A DNA stretch of 63,170 nt, the filler included, from Anaerolineae bacterium (GTDB lineage Bacteria; Chloroflexota; Anaerolineae; Epilineales; Epilineaceae): the NCBI GenBank assembly GCA_029262755.1. It is 6 parts of 6 records of this genome, joined end to end, with 100 filler letters (N's around TTAATTAATTAA, not from the genome) between each part and the next. Parts side by side here need not be neighbours in the genome. Positions count along the whole stretch, not along the records: positions 42,564 to 53,927 come from JAJCYU010000406.1; 5 more parts are not named here. The stretch is one strand, 5' to 3'. Numbering within the stretch: the first letter of the stretch is position 1; every line of letters begins with the position of its first letter. The position numbers were made by a program, and so were the translations under genes. The notes below the pieces were generated by a model. That model worked only from the letters and a program-made list of their open reading frames with translations, was not told where the DNA came from and ran no database searches. Positions 42,564 to 51,768 of this stretch are shown one piece after another.

Positions 42564-45500
42564 GCCTGCTGCGCGCTCGCAGCGACCAATTCTTGTTCGC
42601 CGAGGTGGAAGACACGGCCATGCTGCCTTCCGCCCGTGGGGATGGCATCGCGATCACACGCGCGCAACGCGCTCACCGCTTGGCACTCCGGCTGCAGGAC
42701 TTCCAGACGCGCAACAATCGCGTTGTGGCGCAGCTGCAGCAACCCGAGACGCTCGCCTTGGAGGACGTCGTGCGCGGCTGGCGCTTCGACGTGTGGGACG
42801 AGACCGACCAGCGTTGGCGCTCGCTATGTCGGCGCGCCGGCGCTTGGACCGTGCTCGATGACGGGAACGGCCCGCTAGCCGGGGGCGGGTTGGACGACGA
42901 GGGTTTCGTCGAGACTGGGGCCACGGAAGAGGAAGGCGAACTCTACTTGCACGAGTCGCTGGCCCGCTGGGTGGGCTGGAGCCTCGTCGCGCCGCGTCCC
43001 GGCAAGACGGTGGACGCGAACGACGAGCCGAGCACCCCGGACAACGCCCCGGGCGATGACTTTCGCCTGCGCGTCGACTTCACGGCGAAGCCCGGCAGCC
43101 TGCCGCGTCTGCGCTTTGGCCGCACCTACCGCTTCCGGGCCCGCGTCGTGGACCTGGCCGGCAACGATCGCGGCTTTGGCGACCCTGCAGAGAAGACCTT
43201 CGCGTGGTCGAGCCCCGAGGTGCGCTACCTGCGCCACGATCCGGTCACGTATCCGGCCGTGGTGCCCGATGCCGAGCCGGACCGCGCCTTGGGCGAGGGC
43301 AACGAGCGTCTGGTGATCCGCAGCGCGCCGGACGTGATCGCGACGACCTACGCGTCGGCGGAGTCGCTCGCGCCGAGCGACACGCGCCATCTTGCGCCCC
43401 CGCGCGCTACGCAGTTCTCGTGCGAGCAGCACGGGATGTTCGACATCGCCAACGGTGTCGACAAGAGCGCATACGCCATGTTCGTGGCGCGCGACGGCAC
43501 CTTGGCCGAGGTGCCCGGCGCAGCGTTCGTGGGCGATGCCGGCCGCGACCTCATGCTGCCGCCTGGCGACTTCGAGCTGCCGTACCTCAGCGATCCGCTT
43601 TCGCGTGGCGTCGCCATCCGCGATCTGCCCGGCGTGCCTGCCGGCGAGAGCTTCGTCGTGTACTGGCGCGGGACATGGCCGGATCGTCAGCCCATGCGGC
43701 TGCGCATCGTGGAAGATCTCTCCGCCGGACCGGGGGCCGAGACGGCGCCCGCCTGGAATCCCGGCACCGGCGTGCTCACCGTCTATCTCAAGAAGGCGGC
43801 TCTTGTGCGCGCCAGGGTGAGCAGCGTGCTCAGCGATGCCGACCTCGAGCTCCTCGAGATGTGGTCCGGCTACGTCCAAGAGGCGGCCGGCAGCGTCACA
43901 CCGGACGAGCGGCGCCGTGCTCGCGAGGGCCGCTTCTGGATGCTGACGCCCTACCGCCGCGTTGAGATGGTGCATGCCGTGCAACGCCCGATGTGGCAGC
44001 CCGCGCCGGCCAACCTGGCCGCTTCGCGCACGTCGGTTGGGCAGACGGACGCCCTGTTGGCCGGCCAGGTGAAGGTGCACGGCAACAGCACCGCCCAGCT
44101 CGACGTTCAGGCTGCGTGGACCGAGCCTATCGATGATCTCAAAGACAGCGGCCCCACGACGCGCGACCGCGGCGCCCAAGTGGCGGAGCCGACCATCGCG
44201 CGCGGCCAAGAGCAACTGGACTTGGTCACGGCCGCGATCCGGCACGACTTCGGTGACACCAAGCGCCGCAGGGTCGGGTACCGCTTCGTGGCCACGACCC
44301 GCTTCCGGGAGCACTTCCCCACACCGCCCGAGCCGGCGGAGCCCGGCCACTTCACGCAGACCTCGTCGCCTATCCTCGTGGACGTGCCCAGCTCGGCCCG
44401 TCCCATGGCGCCGGAAGTGCGCTACGTCGTGCCCACCTTCCGTTGGGAGGACGCGGGCACAACGCGGCGCAGGCTCTCCGGTCTGCGGATCTACCTGGAC
44501 CGGCCCTGGTACTCCAGCGGGATGGGCGAACAGTTGGCCGTCATCCTGCCCAATTCGGGGATCGACGACATCGCGATTCCGGGTGCAACGCCGACGCCCA
44601 AGGTGGTGCCGGAGGCGCTCGTGCCCTACGCCACCCGCTGGGGCGCCGACCCGCTGTGGATGGCGCCCGACCCGAGGGGCCTCACGGTGGCCGCATTCGA
44701 GAACCTCGGCGGCCCGTCCAAGGGGGATCTGCGACTCGCCGAACTCGTGCGCCCCGACGGCAGCTACGACAGCGCGCTCACGGTGCGCGCGGTGCCCTTC
44801 GACGTGCACTACGACGCCACGCGCAGCCTGTGGTACGCGGACCTTGATATCGATTCAGGCGACGCCTACTTCCCCTTCATCCGCCTGGCCCTTGCACGCT
44901 ACCAGCCGCTGAGCGTGCCTGGTGTCGAGCTCAGCCGCGTGGTGCTGGCCGACTTCGCGCAGGTTGCGCCCGAGCGGCAGATCTCCTTGGTCGATCAAGG
45001 CAGCCAGCGTTTCCGCCTGAGCGTTGGCGGCCCGAGCGTGCCGACCGAGCCGAGCGCATCGCCTCCGCCCCGCGTGCGCTTCACGGCGCGCCTCGAGCAA
45101 ACTGCCGCGGCCGATGCAGGCGATCCGCTGGCCACGTGGACGAGCGTCCAGGACGTCGCCCTTACTCCCGAGCGCGGCGGGCCGCCCACATGGGGTGGCG
45201 ATCTCACGAGCCGCGGCGACCCATCCATGGCCTACCGCGTTGTCGTGCGCGAACTCCAAGGATTCTCCGAGCCGGCCGACACCACCGGCAGCCGGGACCG
45301 GTTGGTCTACGCCGATGTCGTAACCGTGCCGTTCAGCCCATTACCCACGGCAACGCCCACGACGGGTCCGACCGCAACGACAGCGGCCACGGCGACGGGC
45401 GTGCCGACGCCGGAGTGGACGCCCGCTCCGTCCCGAACACCGGCGCCGATGCCCGAAACACCCACGCCGCCTCCCTCCGCCACACCGGAACCAAGCCCCA

Positions 45501-45745
45501 CCAGTGGCGGCCCAAGCGCGACCCCGCGGCCCGCGACGGACACCCCGACCCCGAGCTCAACCCCGACCGAAGGCGGCCCTTCGCCCACGCCGGGCGAAGC
45601 AACCCCGACGCCGCCCGACGGCAGCGCAACCCCTGGTCCGTCTTCTACACCGGGCGGCGGCAGCGCGACGCCGGGCCCAACCTCGACCGACGATCCCGAC
45701 ACGGAGGACGAGATCTATCTGCCGATGACGAGGAAGAACCGGTAG
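42564..45745 (+). CDS. Large uncharacterised beta-rich protein (5'-truncated) with Pro/Thr linker and C-terminal IYLP motif
   Basis: Frame open from contig start; strong GC3 bias; [49 protein letters not shown]; ends [11 protein letters not shown]. Confidence 0.85.
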
Positions 45746-45764
45746 CGGCGAACGGTGCGGCCGG

Positions 45765-45980
45765 GGAGATCTACGCGGACTACGCGACCTGTGCGTCCAA
45801 CATGGTGGCCTCGGAGCCGGAGCTGTCGGCGCGCGTGTTTGCTCAGCTCGGCATCGTCTCGTACGCGCTCGCCCAACGGGGGTTATGATCGAGGAGGTCT
45901 ACGACACGTGGGGCGAGACCGAGGACGCGGAGGCGCGGGCGGAGGTCGTGCGGGCGCTCGTGCGGGGGTGGCGTGGGTGA
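45765..45980 (+). pseudogene. Frameshifted 3' gene relic
   Basis: Coding-like codons EIYADYATCASNMV...YALAQRG, then MIEEVYDTWGETEDAEARAEVVRALVRGWRG-stop in another frame; no start or RBS for the first part. Confidence 0.35.
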
Positions 45981-46134
45981 GAGCGTCGGGCGGGCGTGGG
46001 GTGATCGGCGGTGGCGAGAACGGTTGACTCATTGACGGCGGGATTCGGCGGCTGGTTTGCTGCAGTACCTTTGTACGTCCAGCCGCCCTATTCTCTGCTA
46101 CGTGCAAGCAATGTCAGGCATTTGAGGTGCACCA

Positions 46135-46854
46135 ATGATCACTTCTCGGCGCTACATTCCAGCATGCATATGGGCCATCGCGTTAACGGTGTTCATTGTT
46201 GGACTACCAATCGCCCCAGTTCAGGCGGAGAACACTTACTGGTCGGACTGGCCCTATCATCTGCTCCATCGGGAACTGCAGGTGATTACGACTACTGCTT
46301 ACCTGCAGCTCCCGTACCCCGGCTCTGGAGATCATTGGGAAACGGCACTGGATAGCGCCATTGAAGACATGGATGGCACAAACCTAACCGCTAGTTATGC
46401 TAGCGGACAATCAACTGGGGTTGTCTATGTAAGAGTCGAGAGACATGCGCAACCGAATCTCACACTGGCCACAACATCATACTATAGCGAGAAAGTCGTT
46501 CCGCCGGGATTGCGCGTGGCGATCGACTGCAAGAAGAACCACTGGCTACAGAGCGAACCGAAGTGTACGGCCGAAGAGAACCTTGTGACCAGGGCAAAGA
46601 TCGAAGTAAACCCAATGCATCCGTTCTGGAACGAGGGGGGCTCGGTTGAGAAAGGCGTTGTCGTAGAGGACGAATATTCTATTCGTCGCCGGACAATGAC
46701 GCACGAGCTGACGCACGTGCCGGGCAAGCATCATGCGGATTGCAGTCTCTCAAGCGTCATGAAACAGGGAACCAAAGATCATTGGTGTCAGGGGCAGCGA
46801 GAAATGACTTCTCACGATATCGGTTGGGTGAATACTAGATATCCACTGCCGTAG
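46135..46854 (+). CDS. Secreted metzincin (matrixin-like) zinc metalloprotease
   Basis: GAGGTG RBS; signal peptide (VQA|E); HELTHVPGKHH fits HExxHxxGxxH; SVM Met-turn; final HDI helix. Confidence 0.82.
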   Translation: MITSRRYIPACIWAIALTVFIVGLPIAPVQAENTYWSDWPYHLLHRELQVITTTAYLQLPYPGSGDHWETALDSAIEDMDGTNLTASYASGQSTGVVYVRVERHAQPNLTLATTSYYSEKVVPPGLRVAIDCKKNHWLQSEPKCTAEENLVTRAKIEVNPMHPFWNEGGSVEKGVVVEDEYSIRRRTMTHELTHVPGKHHADCSLSSVMKQGTKDHWCQGQREMTSHDIGWVNTRYPLP

Positions 46855-46910
46855 CGAAAGCATTGCATCGTCTAGAATCGACGAGACTCCCGGACTCCCG
46901 GAGGTGGCCC

Positions 46911-47636
46911 GTGTCCAGCAAGGCTAGTATTGCGTTGGCTTCGATCGCGTTGATTTGTGCGGTTGCCTTCGCATCGAGAGGATTCCGCGAGCGATCCTCC
47001 GGCAGCGTCCAAGTAGTTCAGCGTAGCGATGGCGTCGAGACCAATCTGTTCGGCATCCTTGAGCCCGAATTCCCGAGGCTGGTACAAGATGCGGATGCAG
47101 TATTTGTTGGTGAGATTGAAGCAGTTGGGACGGCAGTATGGTACGAGTCCCCTCCAACACCGGGGCCAACACCTACTGTAGACCCACTCTGGCCAGCCGA
47201 CCTTAATGGTCATCGAGATTGGCATCTGTTCTACAAAGTGGAAGTGGGCTCCATTTATTTGAACAACGGCGCGCTAACTGTGGGCGAGTCCATCACCATG
47301 TCTGTGCCCGTCGATATGGACTCCCACTTTGAGTATCCCACGAATGAGGTTGGGGATGAATTCCTGTACTTTGTCCGAAAGTCACCGTACGATGACTTCT
47401 ATGGCACGATGTACGGTAGCTATGGGGAACTCATAGTTGACTCAGCCCCAGTGACCTACTCGGACGATGGGCTTTCGCCTGTACCATTCGCCACCGCGAT
47501 GTCAGTTGCGGAGTTCTTGGATGAGCTTGAGGACGAGATAAACCGCCAGGCCACCGCCACCCTGACTCCCTACCCCACCACAACTCCCGACCCCGGCGAC
47601 GAAGAGAATCCGCTCAACCCAACGCCGACGCCGTAG
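46911..47636 (+). CDS. Exported protein, possible TIMP/NTR-like OB-fold
   Basis: GGAGGT RBS; hydrophobic N-terminus; DADAVFVGEI...YKVEV...VGDEFLYFV; Pro/Thr tail. Confidence 0.7.
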   Translation: MSSKASIALASIALICAVAFASRGFRERSSGSVQVVQRSDGVETNLFGILEPEFPRLVQDADAVFVGEIEAVGTAVWYESPPTPGPTPTVDPLWPADLNGHRDWHLFYKVEVGSIYLNNGALTVGESITMSVPVDMDSHFEYPTNEVGDEFLYFVRKSPYDDFYGTMYGSYGELIVDSAPVTYSDDGLSPVPFATAMSVAEFLDELEDEINRQATATLTPYPTTTPDPGDEENPLNPTPTP

Positions 47637-47662
47637 GGGGTCGGTGACAACCACCTTGTCCG

Positions 47663-47751
47663 AGCGCGTCCTACGGGGCGCGCTCGTCGCGTTGGTACGC
47701 GAACGAGGGCGGACCGGTCAACCCCTGAATGGTCTTGGTCCGCCCTCGATG
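47663..47751 (+). repeat. Structured intergenic repeat, copy 1
   Basis: AGCGCGTCCTACGGGGCGCGCTCGTCGCGTTGGTACGCGAACGAGGGCGGACCGGTC...GTCCGCCCTCGATG; direct repeat of 51024-51106. Confidence 0.85.
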
Positions 47752-47797
47752 GCGCCGGACTACTTCTGCCGCCAATCGGCTAGAAAAGTCCGTGGGG

Positions 47798-48199
47798 TTA
47801 TGCCGGGACTAACCAGCGTTCTTCTACATTTGGCTCGATGCTGTTCGGCGCAGGTTCAGTGTTGGGCCCGGGCTCCGGCCATGCAGCAGTGTCAGCAACA
47901 TCTGCAACCACTTTTAGTTCAGAAGCCACGGTGGATTCGAAGCGGCGTCCTTGGGTCGCCTGCGCGACTTCAGCGTATAGGAGATCCTCGGAGTCCCTGT
48001 CAATTGGTACTCGGACCGGGTCTCCCGCACCAGCGTCCGGCTCCGGAATTGGCATCAGCCATTCGAGGCGCGCAGATATGTAGTCGTCGAAAGCGATATC
48101 CGCCTCCAGCTGCGCTGCTTCCTCGGTCTCGCCGTCAGCCATCAATCCGGGTAGATCAGGAAATCGCACAACAAAATATGTGCCGCTCTCATCCGATAC
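47798..48199 (-). pseudogene. HicB-like antitoxin with disrupted 5' end
   Basis: VSDESGTYFVVRFPDLPGLMADGETEEAAQLEADIAFDDYISARLEWLMPIPEP resembles the HicB partial RNase H domain; TAG directly upstream in frame; no hicA seen. Confidence 0.7.
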
Positions 48200-48331
48200 C
48201 TATGGATGGGCAAGCGCATCCGAATTCTGGCCGATGTCACGCGCCAGAGTCGTGACATGCGACATCCGCAGCGCGGTGAGCATCGTAGGACAACCGTCGG
48301 CCAGGCGATGGATTCACAATGGGACACTCCC

Positions 48332-48361
48332 TTGACAAGGCGATCGCGGGTGGAGTAGGTT
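48332..48361 (+). promoter_or_regulatory. Sigma-70-type promoter candidate for the 48416 gene
   Basis: TTGACA-18 nt-TAGGTT. Confidence 0.45.
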
Positions 48362-48415
48362 GAATTGGCTTCAAGGTTGCCCAAGAGACAGGGGCTAGGC
48401 CAAAGGAGGCCAAAG

Positions 48416-49177
48416 ATGCTACGTCGAATTCTCTTCCTGCTGTCTGCATGTACGCTCGCAGTGGCGACCGGCTTGGGTTCTGTCGCGTTGCCCGAGCCGA
48501 CGCCGGCCGCCGCCGCGTGCCGAACTGCGCACGCCTCATGAGGCCACCTTGACCCGACTCGCTCCTCCACCCTGCGAGTCGATCATCGTGAGACTCCAAG
48601 CAATGACCTGGTCGAGCCAGACACTGGTGAGACTTGGGACATTGAGGCGCGTTGGTCTCCAGTTGTAGGCCCGTGCAATGACACTATTGCCAGCGTAACG
48701 GCAGTGGTGACAAAGGCGGCCACCGGCTGGACTGTGTCATGTACAGGCTGTGCTCCGTTGACCGGCCCAATTCGATCCGTGGGAATCTGCGACGACAGCA
48801 GTAGCTGTTCCGTAGACACGCATGGGCACGCGTACGTGTTGAAGGTTGACGTGAACTCGACTAACGATGGCGGACTGACCCATCTCAACGAGGTCGTCTA
48901 TACGACAGATTCAGTGGACGACGGAGACACATTGAATTCTACCTGTGGGTTCGAGGTGAGCGCTGTCAGTCCAACAAGCCAGACGTTCGCGGCGACCGAC
49001 ACCACGTTCCCCTGCAGCCTGGACTGTTCGCAAGATATGGCCGTGACCATCACCTACGACTGTGAACGCCCTGCTGACGATCCTGGTGCAGGAACGGGGT
49101 ACCCCTGCACCAGGATCGGCTCGTTGGACTCTCAGTTGCGCGAGCGTAGTAGCCGACCGAATTGGATAGAATCTTGA
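48416..49177 (+). CDS. Secreted Cys-rich protein interrupted by one in-frame TGA (recoded or pseudogene)
   Basis: AAAGGAGG RBS; MLRRILFLLSACTLAVATGLGSVALPEPTPAAAACRTAHAS-TGA(48539-48541)-GHLDPTRS..., continuing in frame into track ORF 48704..49177. Confidence 0.75.
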
Positions 49178-49190
49178 GGAATTACCTGCA

Positions 49191-50987
49191 ATGACGCGAG
49201 TTCGACGAGTAGGAGTCGCCCTCTTGGGCGCTGCGACGTGCATTGGGCTCCTCTTGCGATCGCCTGATAGCGATACGATCCGGTCTGCCTCTTCTCAGAA
49301 TTCCATGGCATTCTCAGGGTGTGATGTTGCATTGAACCGTACTACTCCACCCTTAGAGGGTTACGTTGGCCGCCACATTGAATTGTCTGAGAATGCTTCA
49401 TCTGACTGCCAGAAGGGCGATCTTGCCATTGCCTTCGCATTCAAGGGCTCCCTGAATTCAGAACCAGCGGTCGACGGAGCTCGCGATGCCACTCGGGCGT
49501 GGCTGCAGCGTACAGCCATCGATGGCTTGCGGATCAGCGTGCTGGGCAAAGCCCCTCTTGAGCCGATATTGAGGGTGTCTAGCGACAAGAGTGCAATCAG
49601 ACTAGCGCTCACGGATGTTGTGCCTCCGCGGACTTCCGAGGTGGTTGCATCGCAGGCATTCGCAGCTATGCGAGATCACTTGAGAGAGACTCGCATACTG
49701 CCGACAGTGGCAACTCGTACACAGCGCGCCTTGTTCCTACTCTCCACAATGCATACAGGAGATGGTTCCAGCGTACAACAGGTCGCGGACCAGTTGCATG
49801 CCGAGGGCGTCGACGTTTGGGCTATTGCAGGCGCGCAATCCGGGTTCCACAATGCCGTGTCTGAACGCCGCCAACTATTCGAGTATCGTCAGCTTGAAGA
49901 AGTCGGACCACTCACTGCTCGTGCATTGCGCGCAATGGAACTCTCGGAGGCGATACCGTCGATAAACACGCTCACAGTGACGACAACTCTTTCGCCGAAT
50001 AGCAGCGTAGTCACAAACACGCTGCAGCCGGGGGCCGTGTGGGACCCGCAACGCCGCACCATTACGTGGCAACGACAGGGGAGCCCGGGCGTGATCGACA
50101 CCAAGTACTCAGTGATCCCACGCATTTGCGGCGATCAGATTGTCGTCGAAGGGACTCACGCTGTAGCGGTCGACAGCGCCGGCAGCGTCTACGAGCGCCG
50201 TATCGGCGATGTCCGAATCGACGTCGCTTGCCCATCGGCCACACCACCAGCATCGGCTACACCGACGCCGACCAAGACAAGTGTTCCGCCCACGACGACC
50301 TGGACTCCGACGACAGCGCCATCGCCAACGAAGATTCCCACGCGCATCCCGGATCCCATTCACCTACCTATCGCGTTGACCGAGCGCTGCGCGCCTAACA
50401 TCCGCCGCGCAGACATTGTCCTCGCGCTCGACGCCTCGACGAGCATGCGGGAGCCGGCCGGTGGGTCGCGCTCGAAGCTCGCTGTGGCACTCGATGCAGT
50501 GCGTCGCTTCGTGGACGTGGTGGGTCTGGACGCTGGCGATCAGGTGTCGATCATTCAGTTCAACGCGGATGCCCGCGTACTGACCCCGCTCACCGACAAT
50601 CGGTCGGCGGTCGATGCAGCGATCGCGCGGGTAGAGACGCAGTCGACGACGTGCTTGCCGTGCGCTGTGGAAGCCGCGGCCGAAGAGTTGCGTAGCGAAC
50701 GGCGTCGCCCAGACAACACGCCGGTATTGGTGCTGCTCACCGACGGCCGATCGAACCCACGGCCCGTGAGCGAGGCGGTTGCGGCGGCTGCAGATGCGAA
50801 GAATTACGGCGTGAAGGTGTTCACAATTGGCTTGGGCAGCGAGCTCGAACGCGACGCGCTGAGCTCGATAGCCTCCCGGCCGGGCGACTTCTATGAGGCA
50901 CCCGATCCCGAGGACCTCGCGACGATCTACGAGCAGATCGCAGTCGAGATCCCGTGCCCGCCGAGCCGATTCTGGGGGAACCGGTAG
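49191..50987 (+). CDS. Exported VWA-domain protein (degenerate N-terminal VWA-like region, PT linker, IHLP motif, intact C-terminal VWA)
   Basis: DIVLALDASTSM (MIDAS DxSxS), VLVLLTDG, VFTIGLG; GAGGA RBS; N-terminal TM/signal. Confidence 0.88.
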   Translation: MTRVRRVGVALLGAATCIGLLLRSPDSDTIRSASSQNSMAFSGCDVALNRTTPPLEGYVGRHIELSENASSDCQKGDLAIAFAFKGSLNSEPAVDGARDATRAWLQRTAIDGLRISVLGKAPLEPILRVSSDKSAIRLALTDVVPPRTSEVVASQAFAAMRDHLRETRILPTVATRTQRALFLLSTMHTGDGSSVQQVADQLHAEGVDVWAIAGAQSGFHNAVSERRQLFEYRQLEEVGPLTARALRAMELSEAIPSINTLTVTTTLSPNSSVVTNTLQPGAVWDPQRRTITWQRQGSPGVIDTKYSVIPRICGDQIVVEGTHAVAVDSAGSVYERRIGDVRIDVACPSATPPASATPTPTKTSVPPTTTWTPTTAPSPTKIPTRIPDPIHLPIALTERCAPNIRRADIVLALDASTSMREPAGGSRSKLAVALDAVRRFVDVVGLDAGDQVSIIQFNADARVLTPLTDNRSAVDAAIARVETQSTTCLPCAVEAAAEELRSERRRPDNTPVLVLLTDGRSNPRPVSEAVAAAADAKNYGVKVFTIGLGSELERDALSSIASRPGDFYEAPDPEDLATIYEQIAVEIPCPPSRFWGNR

Positions 50988-51023
50988 CAAGCCACGTCAC
51001 TTGGCGAATCAACTCCAAGATCT

Positions 51024-51106
51024 AGCGCGTCCTTCGGGGCGCGCTCGTCTCGTTGGGACGCGAACGAGGGCAGACCGGTCGATCCCTGCGCCGTCCGCCC
51101 TCGATG
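51024..51106 (+). repeat. Structured intergenic repeat, copy 2
   Basis: AGCGCGTCCTTCGGGGCGCGCTCGTCTCGTTGGGACGCGAACGAGGGCAGACCGGTC...GTCCGCCCTCGATG. Confidence 0.85.
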
Positions 51107-51768
51107 TCGCAGGGACCACTGCGGTGAGGCCCTGCGACTACGTACTCTATTGTGGCCTCCGAGCCCGTCGGGCCCAGGTCTCCCTCAGTCGCCCAGCCGA
51201 ATGTGGGTCGCGATCTGGTACAAATCCGCTCGGGTGGTCACAACGTCAGAGAGGGGCAGTTCAAGTGAGCTCTAGGGCCGATGGCAACGGCGATCACTCG
51301 GATTCCATTGGCCTTGCGCGAGTGCGCCTCATCCACAGGGTGGGAGCGGGCGGGGCGCTTATGGACGATCACGGTGGGTCAGTTTGGGGTGTGCATTGAC
51401 TTAGACCGTGTAGCTGTCCTAGGCTGCCTTCCGCTGGAGGGCCGCGCTCGGATTGGGCGTGATCTCCTAGCGCTCGCGCATCGCGGCAACGAGCGCGGTG
51501 GCGTCGTCGTGATCGTGCACGGCCACGACGGACCCACGGCGACTCTGGGCGCCCCAAGCACGAAGAGTCGTGGGCGGCGCACGTCGCGCTGCTCGCCATA
51601 CAAAACGTCCGCCACGTAACCAACTTGCTACCCCATGGAAGGGTTCTGCACAGGCAAGCTTGCCGTAACGTGTGCTAGCCTCGTGCGTCGTTGTTGCGGG
51701 AAGCCGGCACCCCCCCCGGATTCAGACGCACCGGTCCGTCGGCGAGCCCGATGAGGAGCATCGATTTC

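Noticed and set aside
47636..51120. Integron attC sites
   Set aside because: No RYYYAAC...GTTRRRY cores at the repeat ends and no integron integrase in the window
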